A stretch of 42,307 nt of DNA from a virus (IMGVR_UViG_2541047692_000013), one strand, 5' to 3'. Shown: positions 18,325-28,091, counted from the first letter of the stretch. A program made the numbers and translations. The notes: generated by a model not told the origin, from the sequence alone.

Positions 18325-18788
18325 TATTTTCTCTCCATGTGAAATCTGTGGAAATTAAGACCAAGAGCACCATAAGGCGCGGCTTCTTCAAGCCTGAATC
18401 CAAGCCAGTGGAGCCATGCTTTGGCAACATGGTTTCGCTCGTCGACGTAGTTTTCCAGGCGCGGATAAACTGCCAGCATCTGCCGCAATACAGGGTGGCA
18501 GTGGCGAAGAAATGTCTTCTGATATTTTTCAATACGGCTGGTCCCGACCAGCCAGGGCGTACCATTGCCACCGATCATTGACGCCGGAGATACACCAAAC
18601 ATGGTTACCAGTTCTCCGTTCGCGAACCCTGACCAGGCCATAGTCGCAGTGCGCAGACCAACACGCAGCGCATCTTCGGTAGTCATCAGCGATACCGCAT
18701 ACAGTTCGTCAATATCAGCCTGACGAACATCCGGCAAAATCATCTGAAGATGCTCTTCGGTTGCGGGAATAATTTGAACACCAATCAT
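18324..18788 (-). CDS. virion-associated hypothetical protein (T7 gp13-like by position)
   Basis: 154 aa, directly downstream of the tail tubular B-like gene with overlapping stop/start. Confidence 0.4.
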   Translation of the reverse strand: MIGVQIIPATEEHLQMILPDVRQADIDELYAVSLMTTEDALRVGLRTATMAWSGFANGELVTMFGVSPASMIGGNGTPWLVGTSRIEKYQKTFLRHCHPVLRQMLAVYPRLENYVDERNHVAKAWLHWLGFRLEEAAPYGALGLNFHRFHMERK

Positions 18789-21259
18789 CAGAATCCCCCA
18801 ACAGTAAGGCGAGGAATAACGGCAAGAACAGACAGCGGCAACGGATCAAGCTGACGGATTTTTACACGTCCGTTTTTGCCCCAGTTACTGTCCAGTTTCA
18901 CTTCTACTTTTCCGGTAGCATCATCAACAGGATCATCGTAGAACTCGAATTCACGCTGTGGATATTCGTACCATTTACCGCCGGGCGTAGTCGCCCAGAT
19001 GCCGCGGCTGGCATTCACAACCAGAGTAACGGATGGGATCACCTGTTTTTTGTCCAGCAGCGTTTCCTGTCCGTTAATGTTGATATCCAGTGTTTCGAAT
19101 TCAGCAGTTATTGGCAGGCCGATGTGCACTACAGCCCCCGGAGATTCCAGCGTGACGGCACCTCCGGAAACCACTTTCTGTGGTTCCACGTTCGCATCAG
19201 AGAGAATGTTTACGGTCTGGCCTTCAAGATGAGACAGGCCTCCAAATGTCCGGCGCGCCATCTGCCAGTTCGTGGTGGCCACATTCCTGAGGGATGGCGG
19301 GACGTTCCTGTTAGCACGAACCACTACAGCGGTATTGCTGGTTACAGAAATAATGTCGCAACGTAATTCTTTTGACACTTCATCGCCAGTATCAGGATCA
19401 GTTCCGGTATAAGGGAATTGTAGTTGCGCACCGACATCACTACTGGTGAAGTACGCACCACCAGAAATACTGATTGTATATTCCACGCGGTAATCCCATT
19501 CACCAGAACCACCAGTGATGGTCATCGTTCTGTCAGACGTATTTCTTCCATCATAGCTAAGGCCAGAATCAACAAAGAAAGCATCTTCATCGCTGGTAAA
19601 TAAACGGCTGGACAGCCGCTCGATGTATCTCACTGTTTGCCCGTTAACGGTTCGGTTAACGACGAAATACACCGCATCTTCATTTCCTTCGCTGATACTG
19701 CATGTGCTTTCATATTTTCCGGTACTGGACTGTGGTGCCCATGCAAAAACCTGTTGATCACGCAAATAGGTCATCACCAGTAATTTACCGTCATCACGAA
19801 TGCAGAAGGCGCTGGAGTAAGGGACAATAGAGAAGCACCAGTCAACAATGCTGTGCTTCTGAAAAAGATGATTGGCAAGGATGGTCAGGTCGTTCCCCTG
19901 ATAGCCGTCAACATCGAATGAGTAGGCCAGATCACGGACAACACTGCCTTTCTCCTGGACGAACAGAGCAATATTCGCCACGGCAATTGGTGGGACATTG
20001 CTCGAGCCATTTGATCCCTGAGAGCTGAATGCAAATGATGATGGGGTTAACACTTTGTTCTGGTCGCCGGTGATGACGTACTCACCTCCGGAAGTCAGCG
20101 CCACCAGCGAACCAACATCAATCAGGTGACGGATCTCATTAACCTGACGCCCGGCATAGGTGTAGATAATTCTGTCGTCATCCTGCGTAGGATTGCTTTT
20201 GCCAAAATCCTTATAATCCCCAGTACGGCTGGCCCAGATAGTCTGAGGGAACGCAGTCGATGCGGCGAAGTAAAGACGTTGTTGATAATAAACAACAGTG
20301 CCAGGATAACCATTAACACTGTTCCAGGCATATTTAGCCCATTTATAGCTGGCATTATCCTCGCCAACTACCTGCGAAGGGATATAGGAAATCACCTCGG
20401 CAGTTGCAGTAGTTCCATTTGCAGCAGTGATACGGGCAATGCCAAAACCACTGTGCAGATACTCCCACTCAATGCCAGTATCATCATCACCGGAGCCGCC
20501 CCAGCCATCCCATGATGTGCCTTCTGTATGCGAAGGGCGCAAAGTGCCTGTTTTGCCTGCTGTAACGGCGCGATAGTAGTTACTGTCTGCACGGCGAATA
20601 TCGCTAATCGACGTACTCTTACTGGTTTCCCATACCGGCACTGAATCCACTGCAGGCTGTTCCAGATAGAACAATTTGCCTACCTGCTCCGCGCCAAAAA
20701 TAGAGGCGCTTGCCGTTAACGTAATTGTCCCAGTGCTGGCGCTGGCATAAACCGTCACTGACTCGTCGATATTGATATCTTCAAATGGTCCGTTCTTCGT
20801 TACCACATCAACCAGTTGCCAGTTGTCATGCGCATAGCGACGCAACTCTTTCGGCGGGTATGCCGGATGAACAAGCGTAAGCACGTCGGCGCTTTGCGTG
20901 AATTTAATTCGGAACAGATCGGCTTCAGTATATGGCGTGGCAATTTCATAAATAACATTGCTGCTGTTCAGCACCAACGCACCATCTTTGATAACGCGCA
21001 TGTACTGGTGTCCGAACTCCAGAGCGTAGGTCTGAACCGTCGAGAACTGGAACGGGATCAGGCGGCATTTCCGATTTGGGTATTTGGCGGCACCGACAAA
21101 ACGCGTACCAGGTCGATTCTCAACGCCGCCATACTGCCGCACGATAAAGTTATCGCACTTGCGCAATGCCACCTGGTACTTCGCCATGTCGATACGACCG
21201 TACAACGACGGTCCAATCTCACCACCGGCAAAGCTGGGCTGGATCCAACTGATAGCCAT
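18788..21259 (-). CDS. tail tubular protein B-like (T7 gp12-like nozzle protein)
   Basis: 823 aa; N-terminus MAISWIQPSFAGGEIGPSLYGR resembles the conserved podovirus gp12 start; position after adaptor-like gene. Confidence 0.55.
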   Translation of the reverse strand: MAISWIQPSFAGGEIGPSLYGRIDMAKYQVALRKCDNFIVRQYGGVENRPGTRFVGAAKYPNRKCRLIPFQFSTVQTYALEFGHQYMRVIKDGALVLNSSNVIYEIATPYTEADLFRIKFTQSADVLTLVHPAYPPKELRRYAHDNWQLVDVVTKNGPFEDINIDESVTVYASASTGTITLTASASIFGAEQVGKLFYLEQPAVDSVPVWETSKSTSISDIRRADSNYYRAVTAGKTGTLRPSHTEGTSWDGWGGSGDDDTGIEWEYLHSGFGIARITAANGTTATAEVISYIPSQVVGEDNASYKWAKYAWNSVNGYPGTVVYYQQRLYFAASTAFPQTIWASRTGDYKDFGKSNPTQDDDRIIYTYAGRQVNEIRHLIDVGSLVALTSGGEYVITGDQNKVLTPSSFAFSSQGSNGSSNVPPIAVANIALFVQEKGSVVRDLAYSFDVDGYQGNDLTILANHLFQKHSIVDWCFSIVPYSSAFCIRDDGKLLVMTYLRDQQVFAWAPQSSTGKYESTCSISEGNEDAVYFVVNRTVNGQTVRYIERLSSRLFTSDEDAFFVDSGLSYDGRNTSDRTMTITGGSGEWDYRVEYTISISGGAYFTSSDVGAQLQFPYTGTDPDTGDEVSKELRCDIISVTSNTAVVVRANRNVPPSLRNVATTNWQMARRTFGGLSHLEGQTVNILSDANVEPQKVVSGGAVTLESPGAVVHIGLPITAEFETLDININGQETLLDKKQVIPSVTLVVNASRGIWATTPGGKWYEYPQREFEFYDDPVDDATGKVEVKLDSNWGKNGRVKIRQLDPLPLSVLAVIPRLTVGGF

Positions 21260-21864
21260 CAGGACAACCTCGCAATGGTAAACTCGTCAACCGGTGGCTG
21301 TGGTTCCTGTGATTCATTCTGGCTATGCGAGCCAGCACTAAGAATCACGCGATTGTACATATTGAGAGCAAATGTACCGAGATCCGCATTCCCAGTCAGC
21401 GCCATGTTAATGGCTGCCGCAAGACGCCAGGCCAACGCCTCCATAAAAATGGCATCAAACATGTTCACATCTGAAACGCGAGAGACATACTTGAGCCATG
21501 CCTGCGGCTGGTCTGTGTAGATCAACTTTCCTGTTCCGTCGGTGTCTGCACCAACTTCGTACTGAACGCGCATTGCTGCTGTTGGATTGCGTACACCAGG
21601 AAGCATAATTTCAGTAATGCGCAGACAATCTGACGGGTACTGATACGCATATTCCCAGTCAGGCGGTGGATTGCTCGTATCTGCAAGTGCCACGCGTTTG
21701 GTAGCAAAGTTCCAGTCAAAATCAGAAAGCACAGCATCACGGCAGGCCTCAAAGTGCAGCGAACATTCCCCCGCTTCCTTACTGGCTTCCGTCAGGCTGT
21801 TAATGCTGCGGCTATTGCCAATATTGGACAGCGCACGATTGCAGATCTCTACTACAGAGGCCAT
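21259..21864 (-). CDS. tail tubular protein A / adaptor-like protein
   Basis: 201 aa, immediately upstream of and overlapping the gp12-like gene; called mainly by synteny. Confidence 0.4.
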   Translation of the reverse strand: MASVVEICNRALSNIGNSRSINSLTEASKEAGECSLHFEACRDAVLSDFDWNFATKRVALADTSNPPPDWEYAYQYPSDCLRITEIMLPGVRNPTAAMRVQYEVGADTDGTGKLIYTDQPQAWLKYVSRVSDVNMFDAIFMEALAWRLAAAINMALTGNADLGTFALNMYNRVILSAGSHSQNESQEPQPPVDEFTIARLS

Positions 21865-22193
21865 TACTCACCCCCATTGCCGTACAGGGTTTCAGCCGCT
21901 GATTTTTCTACATCCCCGGAAACAGGAGCGATCGCCATATCAGTGATCTGCAGATCGGCGCTGCGATTAACACCATCGTCAGTTTCTCTGGCAGACAGGC
22001 CTCGAATAACAGCCTTTGCAGTTATCATCACTTCTGTTCCGACGCCCTGAGGTTGCGCCTTCAGCTTATTCAATGTGTCGTTATTAAGAGTGATGCACAG
22101 CCCCCACGGGTATTCATCGCGAGTTCTGGTTTCTCCGCTCTCATCCTGGTAGCTGTCAGTGCCGGTTTTGAGGTTTACGAGTTCCATATACAC
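21864..22193 (-). CDS. hypothetical virion-module protein
   Basis: 109 aa ORF in the capsid-to-tail interval, co-directional and tightly packed. Confidence 0.4.
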   Translation of the reverse strand: MYMELVNLKTGTDSYQDESGETRTRDEYPWGLCITLNNDTLNKLKAQPQGVGTEVMITAKAVIRGLSARETDDGVNRSADLQITDMAIAPVSGDVEKSAAETLYGNGGE

Positions 22194-22237
22194 TCCTGCA
22201 ATAAAGGGGCCGAAGCCCCTTGTCGGATTCGCGAGGC

Positions 22238-22582
22238 TTACACGCCCAGTTCTTTACGCTTATCTGCGATCTTCTCGCGGAGCGTTTCGGCTTTAGCGTT
22301 ATGGTGTGGCTTCTCGTTAAAGAGCAATTCGTACTCTTCACGGAGCTTATCCAGTTCACCATCATCTGACACATCGTTGATGATTTTGGTGCTGGTTGCT
22401 GCCATAGACACCTTTCCTGCTACCTTTGCTTTTGCCTGTCTGGCTGCATCGTTAACAGGTTCCAGTGCGCTACCAGGCTCACCTTCGTATTCGATTTCTG
22501 CCCCCTCCGGCCACAGAGTGTTATGGATATGAGAGAGGCGCAGAACGCGGTATCTTGGTTTCTCACCTGACATCGATATCAC
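22238..22582 (-). CDS. hypothetical virion-module protein
   Basis: 114 aa ORF, co-directional, 1-nt gap to the upstream gene. Confidence 0.4.
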   Translation of the reverse strand: MISMSGEKPRYRVLRLSHIHNTLWPEGAEIEYEGEPGSALEPVNDAARQAKAKVAGKVSMAATSTKIINDVSDDGELDKLREEYELLFNEKPHHNAKAETLREKIADKRKELGV

Positions 22583-22583
22583 C

Positions 22584-23021
22584 TTAACCAGTTACTTTTG
22601 AGCGGATCGGATACGGCGTATTGGCATCAACATCAAGACTGATACCAGCAGTGAATTCGCCAGCCGTTAGTGGGCCAGTTGCGACGGAGTAGTTAACACG
22701 CAGATATCGCTGAACACCGGCAGGCACCTTTGCAGAAACAACTCGTTTACCTGCTGTCAGGGCGGTCTTTGCCAGTGCGCCACTATCATAAATAGTGGTC
22801 CATGAGCTGTTATTCTCACTCGTCTGCAACTGGATGTTTACAGTTGCATCACCGCTTGCCGCGGCGGCTGTGTTAACCAGCGCCCAAAACTCAAGCGGGT
22901 AACCCACGCCGATATCACGACGTTTTCCGTCAATTGGACCGAGATCGATTACGTCAGTAGAAGCCGCGGTATTCGTAACCGCCTGAGCTTCGGAGAACAT
23001 CAACAGTTTGTCGGTGATCAT
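22584..23021 (-). CDS. putative capsid decoration / minor capsid protein
   Basis: 145 aa, Thr/Ala/Val-rich beta-type composition; first gene after the major capsid gene; SD ggagaaaga. Confidence 0.4.
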   Translation of the reverse strand: MITDKLLMFSEAQAVTNTAASTDVIDLGPIDGKRRDIGVGYPLEFWALVNTAAAASGDATVNIQLQTSENNSSWTTIYDSGALAKTALTAGKRVVSAKVPAGVQRYLRVNYSVATGPLTAGEFTAGISLDVDANTPYPIRSKVTG

Positions 23022-23036
23022 CTTCTTTCTCCATTA

Positions 23037-23056
23037 GTGGGTCTGTTACGACCCAC
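23037..23056 (-). other. stable RNA hairpin immediately downstream of the major capsid gene
   Basis: 7-bp stem gtgggtc/gacccac with 6-nt loop, 16 nt after the MCP stop and before the next SD; no U-run. Confidence 0.4.
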
Positions 23057-23072
23057 AGGTTAATAACAGGCG

Positions 23073-24065
23073 TTACACCACGCGGGCTTCTGTTTCCAGA
23101 AGCGCATCAGTTTCACGGATTGGTACACCACGGAATGAAGTCCACCACTCGCCTTCTGTCTCTTTTACGCTGATCGCCAGAGATGTTTTCTCCAGAGATT
23201 GCAGATCAAGAGCCTGGCCTACAGTGCGGTTCATGTAGAACACCGGGCGACCCATGCCACGATTTGGAATGCGATGCAGTGCTTTAACCATCAACTTCGC
23301 AATATTTGCGGCAGAGGAAGGTTCTGAAAGATTGCTGACATCGATGTTTGCAATGCGAACAACATAACGCCAGTCACGCAGAGCAAGTCCGTTGTCCCAT
23401 TTGTAATGGGTACGGTAGCCTTCGTACTTGCCGCCATTAGCATCTTCCAGTGTCACCTGGCCTTTATCTTCCATCTGAATGCCAGCCTTCTGCCCTTTCG
23501 GGAAGATGCCATGCACTGTGTTTTCGCCCCACACCACTAACCAGATTGAGGTGTTATCTGTACCCGTGCCACCAGCATCAATGATGTTCTGAGCATTACC
23601 TGCAGACAGGCTGGAATAGCGGGAGGACAGTCCCATAAACTGCTGAGGGTTAACGCTGGAATCACCATAAAACAGCGTCTGCGCCATCTGCTGATTCATC
23701 GCTTCAATAAATGCGCGGTCTTCAGACAGGCGGAATTCGGCGGTATTGCCGTTCAGATCAGCCAGTGACTTATCGACTTCAGCATAGGTTTCCAGCATGC
23801 CAACGGAATCGGTTACCTGCACTGTGGTTGATTTGCTTGGCTGTACGCCATAGTTCAGCAAACGCCAGGTAGCTGAAGGTAAACCAGAACGAATGGTGGT
23901 TCGGTGTCCGGTAGGAAGGTTCCCTTCGACAAAAGGCATATCCTGAAGGATCGGGTTAGTTTGACCGAGAAGCTCGATAATCTTATCGACTTTCCCGTTT
24001 GGATCGACGCGCTTACCCCAGTCAGCCAGCGTTAGCGCAGTTAAGCCTTTAACAGCCATTGTCAT
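23073..24065 (-). CDS. major capsid protein (HK97 fold type)
   Basis: 330 aa; follows the scaffold gene; size and composition typical of podovirus major capsid proteins. Confidence 0.7.
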   Translation of the reverse strand: MTMAVKGLTALTLADWGKRVDPNGKVDKIIELLGQTNPILQDMPFVEGNLPTGHRTTIRSGLPSATWRLLNYGVQPSKSTTVQVTDSVGMLETYAEVDKSLADLNGNTAEFRLSEDRAFIEAMNQQMAQTLFYGDSSVNPQQFMGLSSRYSSLSAGNAQNIIDAGGTGTDNTSIWLVVWGENTVHGIFPKGQKAGIQMEDKGQVTLEDANGGKYEGYRTHYKWDNGLALRDWRYVVRIANIDVSNLSEPSSAANIAKLMVKALHRIPNRGMGRPVFYMNRTVGQALDLQSLEKTSLAISVKETEGEWWTSFRGVPIRETDALLETEARVV

Positions 24066-24073
24066 TTCCTCTC

Positions 24074-24775
24074 TTATTTGCCATAGAGCACTTCGGCCGC
24101 ACTACGCTGGCCTTCATTACCACCGGTGACCATGCCATCTTCAGACATCGCCTTTCCGATTTTCACGAACGTTTTGACCAGATCAGGGTGATTACCCAGC
24201 CCGGTGGTGTTCAGATATTCTTTGAGTTCAGGTGTCCCGAACTGGTCAAGCGCACGCTGTGCGGCGCTAAGGTTAGAAATCAACTTGTCGCCACCGATTT
24301 CTTTGTCAGCTTTTACATCAGCAGCCCACTGCTCGGTTGTTTTCTGCCAGGCTTCTGCCTGGCGCTGCTGCACACCTGCCAGAATCTTCGGATAAGCATC
24401 AACCAGCTTTTGCGCTTGCTCGTTGGTCAGGTTAAGTTCTCGCGCCACCGGCTCGAATTCCTTCAACGCTTCTGTATCCAGCTCTACGCCTTCGGCAGCC
24501 TGAAACTCGTACTTCTCAGGCGCACCCTCTGGTTTATCGCCGTCCTTTTTTTCATCCTGCTTATCGTTTTCAGGCTTTTTGTCATCAGCAGGTTTATCGC
24601 CATCAGCAACAGGTTGTGGCTTATCACCTTCCGATTGTGATGGATCACCAACTGGAGCAGGGTTATCACCTGCAGGCGCTGACGGTTCTGACGCAGCCGG
24701 AGCTGCTCCACCATCGACTGGTTGCTCATTGCAAAGACGGCGATACAGCAAACGCTCAAATAAATTCATGATCAC
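24074..24775 (-). CDS. scaffolding protein
   Basis: 233 aa, highly acidic, Ala/Pro/Glu/Lys-rich with low-complexity linker; between portal and capsid genes. Confidence 0.6.
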   Translation of the reverse strand: MIMNLFERLLYRRLCNEQPVDGGAAPAASEPSAPAGDNPAPVGDPSQSEGDKPQPVADGDKPADDKKPENDKQDEKKDGDKPEGAPEKYEFQAAEGVELDTEALKEFEPVARELNLTNEQAQKLVDAYPKILAGVQQRQAEAWQKTTEQWAADVKADKEIGGDKLISNLSAAQRALDQFGTPELKEYLNTTGLGNHPDLVKTFVKIGKAMSEDGMVTGGNEGQRSAAEVLYGK

Positions 24776-25068
24776 TCCTGTTCACTGGCCTCTTTGGCCA
24801 TCTTCAAATACTGTTCAGGGCAATGCGCCATAACGCGCTGAAACAGTTCCAGCGCCAGATTGCGTTGCCCCTCATTAAATGCCATTGCCATAGCATCCAT
24901 CGGAGAGATAGCGGAAAACACCCGGCCTTTCTCCAGCACAGACCAGACAACGCGACGCCCCTGTTCACTGCTCATGACAAAGCGAATGTCATCAATTTCA
25001 CGTTGTGCCATGTCACGTTGCTTACGGGCGTTTTCTTCTTTCAGTTGATCGTCTTCGTAATCTGTCAT
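24772..25068 (-). CDS. hypothetical small protein between portal and scaffold genes
   Basis: 98 aa; 4-nt overlaps on both sides indicate translational coupling. Confidence 0.45.
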   Translation of the reverse strand: MTDYEDDQLKEENARKQRDMAQREIDDIRFVMSSEQGRRVVWSVLEKGRVFSAISPMDAMAMAFNEGQRNLALELFQRVMAHCPEQYLKMAKEASEQE

Positions 25069-26744
25069 TGTGATTGCCCACCCTGACCACTAACTGCATT
25101 CGCCATAGCTGACAAAACACTCGGATCCGAAGTTTTAGCTTCGCTTAGCGTCTTGGCACCCTGTGCCGCCGCCATCCCCATCTCCATCATTTGTTGCTGC
25201 TGTTGTTGCTGTGCCCGTTGCTGGCGAGCCTGCTCAACCTGTTCCTGCGGAACAATGACGGTTGGAGACACTCCGGACATATCAGCGAATGCATCGATTG
25301 CCTGATCAACGTTGAGTTTGTCGAGAGCTTCTGGTTTCGCTTGCGCAAGTTGACCAATGAAGTTGACCGTAGACGCCAGACTGGACAGGCCGATAGACTT
25401 CTGCGCCTGAGCCATGACGGAAATGTATTCGACCTTCAGGGGCATACCTTCCATCGCGTCAGGCGGGGGCGGCAGCATGTTTTTACGCACCATCATCGAG
25501 AAAGCGCGGTCAATGAGAGGATTAAGACATTCGTCGTTCAGACGCTCCAGAACCGGCCCCAACATCAGAAGTTTTTCTTCTTTCATTTCGATCACCGCTT
25601 CAACAGGCATCGAACGGGTATTGATGTTCTGCAACATCATGAACAGATCGACAAAGTAGGCACTGTTAATGATTTGACGAGTGTCCTGAATGTCTGCCAC
25701 CAGATCTGCTGTACTGGGGTTAACCAGATAAGCAGGCCTGAAACCATCCTGACCAGTAATCTGATCGATATACGTGATGTCGCCAGGAAGAAGGGAGGCG
25801 CGCTGATTCTTGAGGGAAGTCGGAGCAATCATCGGCGGATTGGTGGCTTTATCAATCAACTGCGACTTGCGCTTCTGGAGAAGCTGCAATGCCTTAACAG
25901 GTCCAAGCGCCAGCATACCCGGGCATGATGATCCATAAACATCTTCGCCGTTAACTTCCCAGCGCGGAGCCATAATTGGAAACTCATCGAATCCTGACTC
26001 ACGCAACAACTTGTCGTTATCACCGCCAACCTCGTAATAAACCGATTTGAATGGCTTGTTCTTGCTATCCAGCTTCGATGTATCGCGGTCAATGTTCGGG
26101 TAAACCGAATGCATCACTTCAATCCACTTCTCGTAGGTGCCGCTTTCCCACATGCTTTTTACGGATTCGCTGACGTTATTTAGCCCGAACTCCTGAACAA
26201 GCTGACGAACAGTCATAGAGAACTTGCGAAAACAGGTGTCCACACTGCCACGAGGTGAGTTAGCCAGGTAGTAACTGCCTATCGGGAATGGCATTGTGCG
26301 AATGATGTCATCGTCATCCTCCAGTACCGCCATTGCACCAGTGCTGTATGTGCCGAGGCTTCCGTATAACTGCGGCAGCGACTGATAGAGATTCGACTTA
26401 TTGAACATATCGTTCATGCGGTTCTGCACCGCCTCAAGCCACAACTTAACAGGGCCATAATCCATCATTTCAGGATCTGGCGTAGCCAGGCGAAACCACG
26501 GACGCGCGGGGCTTGTGATGCCTGACATCATGCCGCTGGCGAGAGTGCGCGCCGCCATAGTCCCGGTCGAATCAATAATGCGTGTATTGCGTCGATCGTT
26601 ACGGTTGACCTCAGAAGTCAGAAAGCGGGAACCACGCGGGTTGATGTAATCACTCAACTCGCGCCAGTGCGGCTCGAACGACTGACGCTCGCTTTCAAGT
26701 TGTGCGAACTGTTTGTTCAATCGCTCTTTAGTTGTTTCCGCCAT
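25065..26744 (-). CDS. portal (head-to-tail connector) protein, T7-type
   Basis: 559 aa; C-terminal Gln-rich tail (QQRAQQQQQQQMMEMGMAAAQGA...) resembles the T7 gp8 C-terminus. Confidence 0.75.
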   Translation of the reverse strand: MAETTKERLNKQFAQLESERQSFEPHWRELSDYINPRGSRFLTSEVNRNDRRNTRIIDSTGTMAARTLASGMMSGITSPARPWFRLATPDPEMMDYGPVKLWLEAVQNRMNDMFNKSNLYQSLPQLYGSLGTYSTGAMAVLEDDDDIIRTMPFPIGSYYLANSPRGSVDTCFRKFSMTVRQLVQEFGLNNVSESVKSMWESGTYEKWIEVMHSVYPNIDRDTSKLDSKNKPFKSVYYEVGGDNDKLLRESGFDEFPIMAPRWEVNGEDVYGSSCPGMLALGPVKALQLLQKRKSQLIDKATNPPMIAPTSLKNQRASLLPGDITYIDQITGQDGFRPAYLVNPSTADLVADIQDTRQIINSAYFVDLFMMLQNINTRSMPVEAVIEMKEEKLLMLGPVLERLNDECLNPLIDRAFSMMVRKNMLPPPPDAMEGMPLKVEYISVMAQAQKSIGLSSLASTVNFIGQLAQAKPEALDKLNVDQAIDAFADMSGVSPTVIVPQEQVEQARQQRAQQQQQQQMMEMGMAAAQGAKTLSEAKTSDPSVLSAMANAVSGQGGQSQ

Positions 26745-26758
26745 TTCAATGACTCCGG

Positions 26759-26965
26759 TTACTGACCAAGCAGCGTTTTACCGCTGGTATTAGCGGTTGA
26801 TGTGTCACCCTGAGAACCGGTAAGCAGCGTAGAACTACGACCAGCAGCAGCGCGACGGCGACGTGTTTCTTCGTCGCGGGCATCAACAACGGCGGCATCC
26901 TGCTCCTGTGGTGCTGCCTGAACTTCTGGTGTTGCAGGCACTGATGGTGAGCTACCCATGCACAT
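26759..26965 (-). CDS. small hypothetical protein upstream of portal
   Basis: 68 aa low-complexity ORF; ATG at 26963-26965 with SD ggag 8 nt upstream; existence uncertain. Confidence 0.35.
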   Translation of the reverse strand: MCMGSSPSVPATPEVQAAPQEQDAAVVDARDEETRRRRAAAGRSSTLLTGSQGDTSTANTSGKTLLGQ

Positions 26966-27033
26966 ATCAATGACTCCGTACGCAATTAAATTATTACCAA
27001 TTTAACCACATATGATTTATTTATCGTAGACAG

Positions 27034-27071
27034 TTGACATTTAACGCACGAATTATTACCTTTCAGGTAAG
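27034..27071 (+). promoter_or_regulatory. promoter-like element (TTGACA at 27034-27039) with perfect operator TTACCtttcaGGTAA (27056-27070), in divergent region between virion operon and tRNA module
   Basis: Consensus -35 hexamer; operator where a -10 would lie; region is ORF-free on both strands. Confidence 0.45.
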
Positions 27072-27392
27072 CAGAGAGTGCATTCCTGTTATTAACCTGA
27101 CTGGCTTGTCGTTAAATTGAACAGGTGGAGTGAGATTTTATTTTGAGCAGTACGGCGTATGGCACATGCGCCGATAGCGGTCTGGATACGTTTAATGGGC
27201 ACCCTCCCTTGCTCGGGCAAACGAACCAGGTAGCCGGAATGTGCAAGTCGAGCGGTTTTATTCCGCGCACGGGGATTCACCATCCCGGCGATTCGGTGTG
27301 ACGCCTCGGAAGAGACGAGGGTGCAACGATGAGAGCATTTATGGAGCCGCGACAAAGTGTGGCGCCTTAACAGGCTAAGTGCTCTCAGCGTT

Positions 27393-27469
27393 GTGGCATT
27401 AGCTCAGTTGGACAGAGCAACCGCCTTCTAAGCGGTCGGTCGCAGGTTCGAATCCTGCATGCCACGCCA
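27393..27469 (+). tRNA. tRNA-Arg (anticodon UCU)
   Basis: 77-nt cloverleaf by hand: acceptor GTGGCAT/ATGCCAC, D-arm GCTC/GAGC, anticodon stem ACCGC/GCGGT with loop CTTCTAA, T-arm GCAGG-TTCGAAT-CCTGC, discriminator G, encoded CCA. Confidence 0.85.
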
Positions 27470-27512
27470 GAATCACGCCTAAGGACCGTGATGCCAGAAG
27501 TTCCAGGGGCTT

Positions 27513-27555
27513 GGCGGTGATGGTTTCCCTTGAAGGACTATCACCGCCCTTTTTA
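27513..27555 (+). terminator. intrinsic terminator after the tRNA
   Basis: 8-bp stem ggcggtga/tcaccgcc enclosing a 20-nt loop, followed by CTTTTTA. Confidence 0.5.
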
Positions 27556-27632
27556 CAGCAGGACGCCATTGCGATGGCTTCATGCTGTAAACCAGTACAG
27601 CCACGGAAGGCATAACTCATTGCTTCCAGTTC

Positions 27633-27656
27633 GCCCGGTTCGCCGGGCATTTTTTT
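27633..27656 (+). terminator. second intrinsic terminator, directly upstream of the next gene's RBS
   Basis: Stem gcccgg/ccgggc with loop ttcg followed by ATTTTTTT; SD aaggtgag starts right after. Confidence 0.55.
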
Positions 27657-27672
27657 AAGGTGAGATTAGACT

Positions 27673-28044
27673 ATGAGTGACAAAGACATTGAATCTGAAA
27701 TTCAGGCTAAAGGTTTAGCCGCGCCGCGCGTTACGCCAGACCATATCGAGAGTATTATTGCTCAGGAGGCATATTTCACAGCAGAAGATGGTGTCTTTGG
27801 CGTAGCCATAAAAGCGAAACATACTGGCGGAGAGGTAAACTACCAGCCGCACGAATCACTTTCTCTGCTGACGTTCTGCGTTCTGGTGCTGCGCAATGGC
27901 TTCACCGTCACCGGAGAGAGCGCCTGTGCAAGCCCGGAAAACTTTGATGCGGAAATTGGTCGGAAGATTGCCCGGCAGAATGCTGTAAACAAAATCTGGA
28001 TGCTTGAAGGTTACTTGCTGAAGCAGAAGTTAAGCGAGCAATAA
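27673..28044 (+). CDS. conserved phage hypothetical protein (possibly N4 Gp49 / Sf6 gene 66 family)
   Basis: ATG 27673 with SD aaggtgag; 123 aa; family assignment from memory only. Confidence 0.5.
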   Translation: MSDKDIESEIQAKGLAAPRVTPDHIESIIAQEAYFTAEDGVFGVAIKAKHTGGEVNYQPHESLSLLTFCVLVLRNGFTVTGESACASPENFDAEIGRKIARQNAVNKIWMLEGYLLKQKLSEQ

Positions 28045-28048
28045 CACC

Positions 28049-28060
28049 GTGACATGTCAC
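28049..28060. repeat. perfect palindrome GTGACATGTCAC (copy 2 of 3)
   Basis: 4 nt after the stop of 27673..28044 and directly before the terminator hairpin. Confidence 0.8.
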
Positions 28061-28064
28061 AAAC

Positions 28065-28091
28065 AGCCAGCCGATGAGCTGGCTTTGTTTT
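28065..28091. terminator. terminator between convergent gp49-like and terminase genes
   Basis: Stem agccagc/gctggct with loop cgatga; TTGTTTT follows on the plus strand; weaker T-run on the minus side. Confidence 0.55.

Noticed and set aside
25191-25928. 245-aa plus-strand ORF
   Set aside because: Lies entirely antisense within the portal gene, whose product has convincing T7-portal features; the same reasoning applies to other long antisense ORFs such as 20816..21520, 17108..17725, 1748..2404 and 28630..29103.
27092-27355. 87-aa minus-strand ORF in the leader upstream of the tRNA
   Set aside because: No SD, Arg-rich low-complexity translation, and antisense to a promoter-proximal structured region; treated as non-coding.
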